From Beijerinckiaceae bacterium (GTDB lineage: Bacteria > Pseudomonadota > Alphaproteobacteria > Rhizobiales > Beijerinckiaceae), in NCBI GenBank assembly GCA_035540795.1, contig DATLFZ010000304.1:1-37188 (forward strand): a stretch of DNA of 37,188 nucleotides, in the 5' to 3' direction. Below are positions 7,463 to 16,591 of this stretch, one piece after another (within the stretch, counting starts at the first letter, position 1; the number at the start of each line of letters is the position of its first letter). The translations under genes were made by a program, and so were the position numbers. The notes beneath the pieces were generated by a model. The model did no database searches and was not told where the DNA came from. It saw only the letters and a list, made by a program, of their open reading frames with translations.

Positions 7463-8733
7463 TCGCCCTGTCCCGAATCCTCCTCGCCTGTACCCTGCTC
7501 GGCGCCGCGCCCGCGGCGGCGGAGCTGCGCGGCCACGGCGGTCCCGTCCGCGCCCTCGCGGTCGCCCCCGACGGGCGCCAGGCCATGTCGGGAAGCTTCG
7601 ACCAGTCCTCCATCCTGTGGGACCTCGCCCAGGGCGCCGCCCTCGAGGTGCTGCGCTTCCACGACGGGGCGGTGAACGCCGCGCTCGCCCTGCCGGACGG
7701 GCGCTTCGTCACCGGGGGCGAGGACGGGCGCCTCGCGGTCTGGCGCGGCCGCGCCCGCGAGCCCGAACGGGTGATCGCCGCCCATGACGGCCCGATCGTC
7801 CATCTCGCCTTCGCGGAGGGCCGGATCGCCTCCGCGTCCTGGGACGGCACGGCGCGGCTCACGCGCCTCGACGGCGGCGAGGGACCGGTGCTGAAGGGGC
7901 ACCAGGGCAACGTCAACGCGGTCGCCTTCAAGCCCGACGGCCGGGTCGTCACCGCCGGCTACGACCTCACCCTGCGGATCTGGAACCCGGACGGCAGCCC
8001 CGGGGCGGTGATCACGCTGCCGAGCCCGCTCAACGCCGTCGTCGCCGCCCCGGATGGGGAACTCGCCGCGGCGGGCGCCGACGGCAAGGTGCGGATCCTC
8101 TCGGCCGACGGCGCCCTCCGCGCCGAGGTAGAGAACGGGCGCACGCCGGTCATCGCGCTCGCCCTGTCGCCGGACGGGAGCCGGATCGCCGCCGCCTCGG
8201 TCGGCGGATCGGTGGCGATGATCGAGCGGGCGAGCGGGAAGGTTCTGTTCACCCTCGTCGGGCCCGGCCTGCCGGTGTGGTCCCTCGCCTTCAAGCCCGA
8301 CGGCAGCGAGCTCCTGACCGGCGGCACCGACCGGCTCGTGCGGCGCTGGGACATGCGCACCGGCGAGCATATCGGCCCGGTCGTGCCGACCCGCACCGGG
8401 GACCTCCTCGCCGGCTTCTCCGGCGACCGCGGGGCCGAGGTCTTTCGCGCCTGCGCCGCCTGCCACACGCTCACCCCGGACGACGGCAACCGGGCCGGGC
8501 CGACCCTGCACGGGGTTTTCGGACGCCGCATCGCCACCGCCCCGGGCTACAACTTCTCCGAGGCGCTGCGCGGGATGGACATCGTCTGGGACGCCCGCAC
8601 CATCGCCGAACTGTTCGAGGTCGGTCCGGCCCGCTACACCCCGGGCACCAAGATGCCGGAGCAGACCATCAACGATCCCGCCGACCGGGAGGCGCTCGTC
8701 CGGTTCCTGGAGCGCGCGACCCGGCCGCGGTGA
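7459..8733 (+). CDS. exported WD40 beta-propeller + class I cytochrome c fusion
   Basis: ATGA overlap; signal peptide; seven WD-like repeats (e.g. LRGHGGPVRALAV...ILWD, LKGHQGNVNAVAF...RIWN); CAACH haem motif (8452-8466), GPTLHGVFGR and PGTKM axial Met. Confidence 0.9.
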   Translation: MIALSRILLACTLLGAAPAAAELRGHGGPVRALAVAPDGRQAMSGSFDQSSILWDLAQGAALEVLRFHDGAVNAALALPDGRFVTGGEDGRLAVWRGRAREPERVIAAHDGPIVHLAFAEGRIASASWDGTARLTRLDGGEGPVLKGHQGNVNAVAFKPDGRVVTAGYDLTLRIWNPDGSPGAVITLPSPLNAVVAAPDGELAAAGADGKVRILSADGALRAEVENGRTPVIALALSPDGSRIAAASVGGSVAMIERASGKVLFTLVGPGLPVWSLAFKPDGSELLTGGTDRLVRRWDMRTGEHIGPVVPTRTGDLLAGFSGDRGAEVFRACAACHTLTPDDGNRAGPTLHGVFGRRIATAPGYNFSEALRGMDIVWDARTIAELFEVGPARYTPGTKMPEQTINDPADREALVRFLERATRPR

Positions 8734-8776
8734 CCGAATCGGCATGGCGCGCCCCATCTTTGGTGCGAGCCATGCA

Positions 8777-8805
8777 TTGACTTCACGCCGGGGGGCCCGC
8801 ATATG
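8777..8805 (+). promoter_or_regulatory. putative sigma70 promoter of rhlE
   Basis: TTGACT-N17-CATATG, implying a leader of about 195 nt. Confidence 0.55.
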
Positions 8806-9006
8806 TCTCCCCGTAGCGTCAGCGCCCGAATCGAGGCGCGTGAGCGAGGCGCGTGAGAGGCTGCGAAGGCAGCCGAGGCCTCCTTCTTCGCTCGCTATCT
8901 CCCAGACCGCCCCATCACGCGGGTCGTCCCGTTCGAGCCGGATTCCCTGGCCCGCTCGCGTGCGGCCGTTCGGAATGCGGCTCCCCGCTGCTTTCGAAAG
9001 ACCAGA

Positions 9007-10443
9007 ATGACCAAGTTCACCGATCTCGGCCTCGCCGCGCCGCTCCTCAAGGCGCTCGCGCAGGAAGGCTACGAGACCCCGACCCCGATCCAGACCCAGG
9101 CGATCCCGAGCGTCCTCGCCGGGCGCGACCTGTGCGGCATCGCCCAGACCGGCACCGGCAAGACGGCCGCCTTCGCGCTGCCGATCCTGCACCGCCTCGC
9201 CGAGACGCCGCGCCAGCCGGGCCGCAAGGCCTGCCGCGTCCTCGTCCTGAGCCCGACCCGGGAGCTCGCGAGCCAGATCGCCGACAGCTTCAAGGCGTAC
9301 GGGCGCCATCTGCGCCTGTCCACGACCGTCGTCTTCGGCGGCGTTCCCCTCGGCCGGCAGGAGCGGGCCCTCGCCAACGGCGTCGACGTGCTCGTCGCCA
9401 CGCCGGGCCGGCTCCTCGACCTCATCGACCGGGGCGCCCTCGGCCTGCGCCAGGTCGAGATCCTCGTCCTCGACGAGGCCGACCAGATGCTCGACCTCGG
9501 CTTCATCCACGCGCTGCGCCGCATCGTCGGGCTGCTGCCGAAGAAGCGCCAGACGCTGTTCTTCTCGGCCACCATGGCGGCGACCATCGCGAGCCTCGCC
9601 GATGCCTACCTCACCGACCCGGTTAAGGTGGCGGTCGCCCCGGTGGCGACCACCGCCGAGCGGGTCGAGCAGAGCGTGATGTTCGTGCCGACCGCCCAGA
9701 AGCAGGTCCTGCTCCAGCGGGTGCTCGAGGACCGCTCGATCGAGCGCGTGCTCGTGTTCACGCGCACCAAGCACGGCGCCGACCGGGTGGTGCGCCACCT
9801 CGACAAGGCCGGCGTCCAGGCGGCCGCGATCCACGGCAACAAGAGCCAGCCGCAGCGCGAGCGCGCCCTCGCCGGCTTCCGCTCGGGCCATTGCCGGGTG
9901 CTCGTCGCCACCGACATCGCCGCCCGCGGCATCGACGTCGAGGGGGTCACTCACGTGATCAACTTCGAGCTGCCGAACGTGCCGGAATCCTACGTCCACC
10001 GGATCGGCCGCACCGCCCGGGCCGGCGCCGCCGGGGTCGCGATCTCCTTCTGCAACGGGGAGGAGCGGGCCTTTCTCAAGGACATCGAGAAGCTGACCCG
10101 TCTGCGGGTGCCCGTGGCGGCCCTGCCGGCCGGTCTCGCCGAGGCGGCCGCCGCCGTCGCCGCCGAGCCGGAGCCCCGGGGCGAGCGGCGCGAGCGGCCC
10201 CGGTCCGGCCGGCCCGACCAGGGCCGCGGTCCGGGTCGCGGCCCGCGCCCGGGCGAGCGCGCCCGGGCGGCGCAGCCCGCCCGCGAGGAGCGCCGCGAGC
10301 AGCCCCGCCGCGACGAGCGCCGCCGGGACGAGCGGCCCCGCCGCGACGAGCGTCCGGCGCAGGCCCGTTCCGGCCGCGCCCCGCGCCGGGACGGCGCCGA
10401 CGGCCGCAACATCGCCTGGCTCGGCGGGGCCGTGCGGTCCTGA
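9007..10443 (+). CDS. rhlE: DEAD-box ATP-dependent RNA helicase
   Basis: Q-motif [54 protein letters not shown]; R/D/E-rich disordered tail. Confidence 0.93.
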   Translation: MTKFTDLGLAAPLLKALAQEGYETPTPIQTQAIPSVLAGRDLCGIAQTGTGKTAAFALPILHRLAETPRQPGRKACRVLVLSPTRELASQIADSFKAYGRHLRLSTTVVFGGVPLGRQERALANGVDVLVATPGRLLDLIDRGALGLRQVEILVLDEADQMLDLGFIHALRRIVGLLPKKRQTLFFSATMAATIASLADAYLTDPVKVAVAPVATTAERVEQSVMFVPTAQKQVLLQRVLEDRSIERVLVFTRTKHGADRVVRHLDKAGVQAAAIHGNKSQPQRERALAGFRSGHCRVLVATDIAARGIDVEGVTHVINFELPNVPESYVHRIGRTARAGAAGVAISFCNGEERAFLKDIEKLTRLRVPVAALPAGLAEAAAAVAAEPEPRGERRERPRSGRPDQGRGPGRGPRPGERARAAQPAREERREQPRRDERRRDERPRRDERPAQARSGRAPRRDGADGRNIAWLGGAVRS

Positions 10444-10510
10444 CGACCTATCGCCGCGCGCCCCCAAAGATGCTAGGAACATCCGGCATCCGAAGGGGCG
10501 CGCGGTGACG

Positions 10511-10954
10511 ATGACGTTGGACTCGGAGGTCCACTCCCTCCGCCAGGTGCCGATGTTCCGGGACATCGATCCGGCCCGGCTCAAGCTCCTCGCCTTCACG
10601 AGCGAGCGGGTGCGCTTCGCGCCGGGCCAGCGCTTCTTCGTGCAGGGGGACGCCCCCGACGCCGCCTACGTCATTCTCGAAGGGGCCGCCGACGTGGTCC
10701 TCGACACCCCCGGCGGCGCCGTCAAGGTGGCCGAGCTCGGGGCCAGCGCCCTCGTCGGCGAGATGGGCATCCTGTGCGACAGCGCCCGCACGGCGACCGT
10801 CGTCGCTTCCGCCGCGACGACGGCCCTGCGCATCGACAAGCGGGTCTTCCTCGAGCTCCTGACCCAGTTCCCGCAGATGTCGCTCGCCGTCATGCGCGAG
10901 CTCGCAAAACGTCTCGAACGGACCAACGCCCAGCTCGCGGACGCCCGGCGCTAG
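10511..10954 (+). CDS. stand-alone cyclic nucleotide-binding (Crp-family) domain protein
   Basis: FVQGDAPDAAYVILEG and phosphate-binding cassette GEMGILCDSARTAT; no HTH (147 aa). Confidence 0.9.
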   Translation: MTLDSEVHSLRQVPMFRDIDPARLKLLAFTSERVRFAPGQRFFVQGDAPDAAYVILEGAADVVLDTPGGAVKVAELGASALVGEMGILCDSARTATVVASAATTALRIDKRVFLELLTQFPQMSLAVMRELAKRLERTNAQLADARR

Positions 10955-10961
10955 GTTCCCC

Positions 10962-12647
10962 GTGAGCGACGGCGTCCCGACGCTCGCGCCGCGCGCGGCT
11001 CCGCGGGCCCGCTGGCGCGAGCCGCAGACATGGCGCCTCGCCACCGGCCTCGTCCTGTTCGTGTTCGCGCTCACGCACTTCCTCAACCACGCCGTCGGGC
11101 ACGTCTCGGTCGAGGCCATGGAGGCGGTCCAGACCGTGCGGCGCGGCTTCTGGCGCTCGCCGCCGGGCGCCGTGCTCCTGTGGGGCTCGGTCGCGGTCCA
11201 TGCCGGCCTCGGCCTGTGGAAGCTGATCCGCCGTCGGACCTGGCGCATGGCGCCCTGGGAGGCTGTCCAGATCGGCCTCGGCCTGTCGATCCCCTTCCTC
11301 GCCGCGGCCCACGTCGCCGCGACCCGCGGGCTCAACGCGCTCTACGGCTTCGACGACCGCTACACGTTCCTGCTCGCCCTGCTCTGGCCGGGCCTCGCCT
11401 TCAGCCAGTCCCTCCTCCTCCTCGTGGTCTGGCTGCACGGGGTCGTCGGCCTGCATTTCTGGCTGCGCACCATGGGCTGGTACAGGACCTGGCGGCCGTT
11501 CCTGTTGGTCCTCGCCGCCCTCGTCCCGACCGTCTCGATCACCGGCTGGATCGAGGCCGCCCGCCGCCTCGCCCTGACCCGGCCGCAGCCCGACTTCCCC
11601 CCTTACGTGTTCGAGCGGGGCGGGGCGCTCATCGACGCCGCCCAGACGGGCGTGTGGACCGTGTTCGGGATCGCCGCCGCGGGGCTCGTCGCCCTGCGCC
11701 TGCGCGACTGGTTCCGCAGCGGGCCGACCGTCACCTATCCGGGCGGGCGGGCCGTGCGCGCCACGGCCGGCGCGACGCTCCTCGAGATCAGCCGCGCCGG
11801 CGGGGTGCCGCACGCCTCCGTTTGCGGCGGCCGCGGCCGCTGCACCACCTGCCGGGTCCTGGTGAGCGAGGGCGCCGACGCGCTGCCGCCGCCGAACCCG
11901 GTCGAGGCGGACGCCCTCGCCCGCATCGCCGCGCCGCCCGGCGTGCGGCTCGCCTGCCAGGTGCGACCCCACCACTCCCTTTCGGTGCGGCCGCTGATCC
12001 CCCTGCGCTCGGCCGAGCCGACCCTCGGCCGGGACGCCTATCGCTGGGGGGTCGAGCGCCACATCACCATCATGTTCGCGGACCTGCGCGGCTTCACGAC
12101 CCTCGCCGAGCGCCTCTACCCCTACGATTCCGTGTTCCTCCTCAACCGCTACTTCGAGCTCATGAGCGAGGCCGTCGAGCGGCACGGCGGCGAGGTCGAC
12201 AAGTTTCTGGGCGACGGGATCATGGCCCTGTTCGGGGTCGCCCCGGGCCGCGGCTCCGGCAGCCGGGACGCGCTCCACGCCGCCCGGGACATGCTGGCCG
12301 CCCTGCGCCGCCTCGACCGGGAGTTCGCCGACAGCATCGGCGAGCCGCTGCGGATGGGCATCGGCATCCACATGGGGCCGGCGGTCCTCGGCCGGGTCGG
12401 CGGCGGACGGCAGGCGGGGCTCACGGCGCTCGGCGACAGCGTCAACATCGCGAGCCGCCTCGAGGGCCTCAACAAGGAGCTCGGCACCGCGGTGGTGGTG
12501 TCGGAGTCGACCCTCGCGGATGCGGGCCTCGCCGTCGCCGGGGCCGAGGTCCGGGAGGTGCCGGTCCGCGGCCGCGAGGTGGGCCTGCGCGTCGCCGCCG
12601 CGCAGGACCTCGCCGGGCTCGAGGAGGCCGCCGCCCCCGCGCGGTGA
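10962..12647 (+). CDS. membrane-bound class III adenylate cyclase with haem-b anchor and 2Fe-2S ferredoxin domain (CyaC-like)
   Basis: TM helices with His (THFLNH, VAVH, AAAH, WLH); CGGRGRCTTC...RLAC; FADLRGFT, DKFLGDG and TALGDSVNIASRLE. Confidence 0.9.
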   Translation: MSDGVPTLAPRAAPRARWREPQTWRLATGLVLFVFALTHFLNHAVGHVSVEAMEAVQTVRRGFWRSPPGAVLLWGSVAVHAGLGLWKLIRRRTWRMAPWEAVQIGLGLSIPFLAAAHVAATRGLNALYGFDDRYTFLLALLWPGLAFSQSLLLLVVWLHGVVGLHFWLRTMGWYRTWRPFLLVLAALVPTVSITGWIEAARRLALTRPQPDFPPYVFERGGALIDAAQTGVWTVFGIAAAGLVALRLRDWFRSGPTVTYPGGRAVRATAGATLLEISRAGGVPHASVCGGRGRCTTCRVLVSEGADALPPPNPVEADALARIAAPPGVRLACQVRPHHSLSVRPLIPLRSAEPTLGRDAYRWGVERHITIMFADLRGFTTLAERLYPYDSVFLLNRYFELMSEAVERHGGEVDKFLGDGIMALFGVAPGRGSGSRDALHAARDMLAALRRLDREFADSIGEPLRMGIGIHMGPAVLGRVGGGRQAGLTALGDSVNIASRLEGLNKELGTAVVVSESTLADAGLAVAGAEVREVPVRGREVGLRVAAAQDLAGLEEAAAPAR

Positions 12648-12710
12648 ACGAGGCTCACTTGACCGCCGCCCCGCGAGGCCGCAACCGTGGCGGGGCTCGG
12701 GGGAGAAGCG

Positions 12711-13478
12711 ATGGATCTCGGTGCGCGCCTGAAGGGCCGGCATGTGCTGATCACCGGCGCGTCGAGCGGGCTCGGCGCCCATTTTGCCCGGCTCGCCGCC
12801 CGCTGCGGCGCCGGCGTCACGATCGGCGCCCGCCGGCGCGACCGGCTCGAGAGCCTCGCGGCGGAGCTGCGGGCGCTCGGCGCCGCGCACGCCCTCGCCC
12901 TCGACCTCGACGTCACCGACGAGGGCTCGATCGAAGCCGCCCTGGACGCCGCCACGACCGAGGCGCCCCTCGACGTCCTCGTCAACAACGCCGGCATCGC
13001 CGGAGGCGGTGCCGCCCTCGACACGCCGGCGCCTTCCTTCGACGAGGTGATCGCCACCAACCTGCGCGGCGTCTGGCTCGCCTCCGTCGCCGCCGCGCGC
13101 CGCTGGCGCGACGCCAAGCGGGACGGCATCGTCGTCAACGTCGCCTCGATCCTCGGTGTCCGCGTCGCCGGCGGGGTGGCGCCCTACGCGGTGTCGAAGG
13201 CCGGCGTCGTGCAGATGACCGCGGCGCTCGCCCTCGAATGGGCCCGCTACGGCATCCGCGTGAACGGCATCGCCCCCGGCTACATCGAGACCGAGATCAA
13301 CGCCGGCTTCTTCGCCACCGAGCACGGCCAGGCGATGCTGAAGCGCATCCCGACCCGCCGCCTCGGCCAGCCCGAGGACCTCGACGGCGCCTTCCTCCTC
13401 CTCGCCACCGACGCCTCCGCCTGGATGACCGGGGCGACGATCCCCGTCGACGGCGGCCACCTCGTCTCCGGCCTGTGA
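12711..13478 (+). CDS. short-chain dehydrogenase/reductase (SDR)
   Basis: TGASSGLG, NNAG, YAVSK, RVNGIAPG, PVDGG; SD GGAG before ATG 12711. Confidence 0.93.
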   Translation: MDLGARLKGRHVLITGASSGLGAHFARLAARCGAGVTIGARRRDRLESLAAELRALGAAHALALDLDVTDEGSIEAALDAATTEAPLDVLVNNAGIAGGGAALDTPAPSFDEVIATNLRGVWLASVAAARRWRDAKRDGIVVNVASILGVRVAGGVAPYAVSKAGVVQMTAALALEWARYGIRVNGIAPGYIETEINAGFFATEHGQAMLKRIPTRRLGQPEDLDGAFLLLATDASAWMTGATIPVDGGHLVSGL

Positions 13479-14080
13479 AGGCGGACCCGGCCGGGATCCC
13501 GGCCCTCTACGAGCGTCACGCCCGCGCCTTCGACGAGGCCCGCGGCCGCTCCCTTTTCGAGCGCGGGTGCCTCGACGACTTCGCCGCCCTCGTCCGGCCG
13601 GGCGGGCGCGTCCTCGACCTCGGCTGCGGCTCCGGGGAGCCGATCGCCGGTGACCTGATCCGCCGCGGCTTCCGTCTCACCGGCATCGACACCTCGCCGA
13701 CGCTGATCGGCCTGTGCCGCGAGCGCTTCCCTGGGGAGGAATGGCGGGTCGCCGACATGCGCGGCCTCGCCCTCGGGCGCACCTTCGACGGCCTCTTGGC
13801 GTGGGACAGCTTCTTCCACCTCGCCGCCGACGACCAGCGGGCGATCTTTTCGGTCTTCCGCGCCCATGCGGCGCCGGGCGCGCCGCTCCTGTTCACGACC
13901 GGGCCCGCCGCCGGGGAGGCGATCGGCGCCTTCCAGGGCGAGCCGCTCTACCATGCGAGCCTCGCTCCAAACGAGTACCGCAGCCTCCTCGCCGGGCACG
14001 GTTTCGAGGTCGTGAGGCACGTCGCCGAGGACCCGGAATGCGGCGGCCACACGGTGTGGCTCGCACGGCTGTTGTCGTGA
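13475..14080 (+). CDS. class I SAM-dependent methyltransferase
   Basis: GTGA overlap with the SDR stop; VLDLGCGSG, GIDTS, ADMR, AWDSFFHL. Confidence 0.88.
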   Translation: MKADPAGIPALYERHARAFDEARGRSLFERGCLDDFAALVRPGGRVLDLGCGSGEPIAGDLIRRGFRLTGIDTSPTLIGLCRERFPGEEWRVADMRGLALGRTFDGLLAWDSFFHLAADDQRAIFSVFRAHAAPGAPLLFTTGPAAGEAIGAFQGEPLYHASLAPNEYRSLLAGHGFEVVRHVAEDPECGGHTVWLARLLS

Positions 14081-14121
14081 CCCGGGCGACGGACATAGGG
14101 TGCGCCGGACAGGATGGCGCC

Positions 14122-15330
14122 ATGGACTTTCGCATCTCGCCCCGCATCGAGGATTTCCGCAGCCGCATCGCGGTCTTCGTCGAGCGGGAGCTCCTGCCGC
14201 TCGAGGCCGACGCGGGAAGCTACGACGCCCACGAGAACATCCGCCTCGACCTCCTGGAGCGGGTCCGCGCCAAGGCGCGGAGCGAGGGGCTGTGGTGCAT
14301 CCAGCTGAAGCGCGAGACCGGCGGCCAGGAGCTCGGCCGGGTCGGCATGGCGGTGTGCTACGAGGCCATGAACCGGTCGATCTTCGGCCCGGTCGCCTTC
14401 AACTCCGCCGCCCCGGACGACGGCAACATGATGCTCCTCGAGGCGGTCGGCACCCCCGCCCAGAAGGAGCGCTGGCTGCAGCCGATCGTGCGCGGGGAGG
14501 TGCGCTCCGCCTTCGTCATGACCGAGCCGCATCCGGGCGGCGGCTCCGACCCCGGCATGATGCTCACCCGGGCCGAGAAGCGCGGCGACCGCTACGTGAT
14601 CCGCGGCCGAAAGTGGTTCATCACCGGGGCCGAGGAGGCGGCGCATTTCATCCTGATGGCGCGCACCTCGGACGATCCCCGCACCGGGCTCACCGCCTTC
14701 CTCTACCACCGGGACGATCCCGGCTGGCGCATCCTGCGCCGCATCCCGATCATGGGACCGGAGGAGCACGGCGGCCATTGCGAGCTCGAATTCGACGGGC
14801 TCGAGATCCCGGCCGAGAACGTCCTGAAAGGGGAGGGGGAGGGCCTGCGGGTGACGCAGATCCGCCTCGGCCCGGCCCGCCTCACCCATTGCATGCGCTG
14901 GCTCGGCCTCGCCAAGCGCTGCATCGAGATCGCGCAGGACTACGCGGGACGGCGCGAGGGTTTCGGCATCCGCCTCGCCGACCGGGAGAGCATCCAGCTC
15001 ATGCTCGGCGGCCTCGCCATGGAGATCGAGATCGGGCGCCTCCTCGTCATGAAGGCGGCCTGGGAGCTCGACCGGGGCGGCAAGGCCCGCAAGGAGGTGT
15101 CCATGGCCAAGGTGCAGGTGGCGAACGTCCTGCACAAGGCGGCCGACACGGCGATCCAGATCAACGGCGGCCGCGGCTATTCCAAGGACACCGTCCTCGA
15201 ATGGATCTACCGCTACGCCCGCCAGGCGCGGCTCGTCGACGGGGCCGACGAGGTCCACCGCATGGTGCTGAACCGCTTCCTCACCAAGGAGGGCGGGGAT
15301 TTCTGGCTCTGGCCGGCGGCGGAGAGCTGA
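14122..15330 (+). CDS. acyl-CoA dehydrogenase, ACAD10/11/LvaC-like subfamily
   Basis: FNSAAPDDGNM, FVMTEP, GRKWFITGA, RLGPARLTHCMR and RLVDGADEVH (Asp at the usual catalytic Glu position). Confidence 0.92.
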   Translation: MDFRISPRIEDFRSRIAVFVERELLPLEADAGSYDAHENIRLDLLERVRAKARSEGLWCIQLKRETGGQELGRVGMAVCYEAMNRSIFGPVAFNSAAPDDGNMMLLEAVGTPAQKERWLQPIVRGEVRSAFVMTEPHPGGGSDPGMMLTRAEKRGDRYVIRGRKWFITGAEEAAHFILMARTSDDPRTGLTAFLYHRDDPGWRILRRIPIMGPEEHGGHCELEFDGLEIPAENVLKGEGEGLRVTQIRLGPARLTHCMRWLGLAKRCIEIAQDYAGRREGFGIRLADRESIQLMLGGLAMEIEIGRLLVMKAAWELDRGGKARKEVSMAKVQVANVLHKAADTAIQINGGRGYSKDTVLEWIYRYARQARLVDGADEVHRMVLNRFLTKEGGDFWLWPAAES

Positions 15331-15331
15331 C

Positions 15332-16591
15332 ATGCTTCTGGGGGTCATCGCCGACGATTTCACCGGCGCGAGCGACATCGCCAACACGCTCGCCAAGGGC
15401 GGCCTATCGACGATCCAGTTCCTCGGCGTGCCGGAGCGCGAAGCGCCGGCGGGCTGCGAGGCCGGCGTCGTGGCCCTGAAGAGCCGCTCGATCCCGGCCG
15501 AGGAGGCGGTCGAGATCTCCATGCGCGCCTTCGAATGGCTGAAGGCCCAGGGCTGCCGGCAATACGTGTTCAAGTACTGCTCGACCTTCGACTCGACGCC
15601 TCAGGGCAATATCGGACCGGTCGGCGAGGCGCTGGCGCGGGCGCTCAACGTGCTCGGCGTGCCGGCTTGCCCGGCCTTCCCGACCACGGGGCGGACGGTC
15701 TACCAGGGCCACCTCTTCGTCGGCGACCGGCTCCTCAGCGAATCGGGCCTCGAGCACCATCCCCTCAACCCAATGACCGACCCGGACCTGCGCCGCTGGC
15801 TCACCCGCCAGACGCGCGACCCGGTCGGGCTCGTGCCCTGGAACGTGGTGCGCCTCGGCGGCGGGGCGATCCGCCTCGCCCTCGCCGAGGCGGTGGCGAA
15901 GGGGCAGCGCCTCGCGATCGTCGACGCGATCACCGACGACGACCTCTGCGCCATCGGCGAGGCCTGCGCCGAGGCGCCGCTGCTCACCGGCGGCTCCGGC
16001 ATCGCGCTCGGCCTGCCGCGAAATTTCATCCGCGCCGGGCTCGCGAGCGGGCAGGGCAGCGCCTTTTCCGGCGTCGAGGGGCCGGAGGCCGTCCTCGCCG
16101 GCTCCTGCTCGCGGGCGACGCTCGGTCAGATCGAGGCCCACCGCAAGAACCATCCGGTGCTCGAGGTGGAGGTCGAGGCGGTGATGGAGGGGCGCACGGA
16201 CCCCGCCGCCCTCGCCGCCTTCGTGCACGAGAACCGGGGCCGCGGGCCGCTCGTCTATTCCTCGGCGCCCCCCGAGCGGGTGCGCGCCCTCCAGGAGCGC
16301 TTCGGCCGCGAGCAGGTCGCGCAGCGCCTCGACGGGCTCTTCGCCGACACGGCGCGGCTCCTCGTCGAGGAGGGCGTGCGCCGGCTCGTCGTCGCCGGCG
16401 GCGAGACCTCGGGCGCGGTCGTCTCGGCGCTGAACCTCGACGCGGTCGCGATCGGCCCCGAGATCGACCCCGGCGTGCCGGCGCTCGCCGCCGCCGACGG
16501 GCGCCCGCTGGCGCTCGCCCTCAAGTCGGGCAATTTCGGCGCGCCGGACTTCTTCGCCAAGGCGCTGCGCATCCTCGGAGACCCCTCGTGA
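15332..16591 (+). CDS. otnK: 3-oxo-tetronate kinase (DUF1537 four-carbon acid sugar kinase)
   Basis: LGVIADDFTGASD, FKYCSTFDSTPQGNIGP, HHPLNPMTD, AGGETSG, LKSGNFG. Confidence 0.88.
   Translation: MLLGVIADDFTGASDIANTLAKGGLSTIQFLGVPEREAPAGCEAGVVALKSRSIPAEEAVEISMRAFEWLKAQGCRQYVFKYCSTFDSTPQGNIGPVGEALARALNVLGVPACPAFPTTGRTVYQGHLFVGDRLLSESGLEHHPLNPMTDPDLRRWLTRQTRDPVGLVPWNVVRLGGGAIRLALAEAVAKGQRLAIVDAITDDDLCAIGEACAEAPLLTGGSGIALGLPRNFIRAGLASGQGSAFSGVEGPEAVLAGSCSRATLGQIEAHRKNHPVLEVEVEAVMEGRTDPAALAAFVHENRGRGPLVYSSAPPERVRALQERFGREQVAQRLDGLFADTARLLVEEGVRRLVVAGGETSGAVVSALNLDAVAIGPEIDPGVPALAAADGRPLALALKSGNFGAPDFFAKALRILGDPS

Noticed and set aside
4436-8733. Apparent 1008-aa and 1096-aa fusion proteins (also 11030..14080, 21350..25870, 29803..31989)
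   Set aside because: The N-terminal extensions are Arg/Pro/Gly-rich off-frame read-through. Real starts are at stop-start overlaps or internal ATGs, so no frameshift or fusion is needed.
7294-13460. Very long minus-strand ORFs 7294..10599 and 10890..13460 (likewise 22760..26251 and 34335..36167)
   Set aside because: Shadow frames of clear plus-strand genes. High GC makes stop codons rare, and the translations have no motifs.
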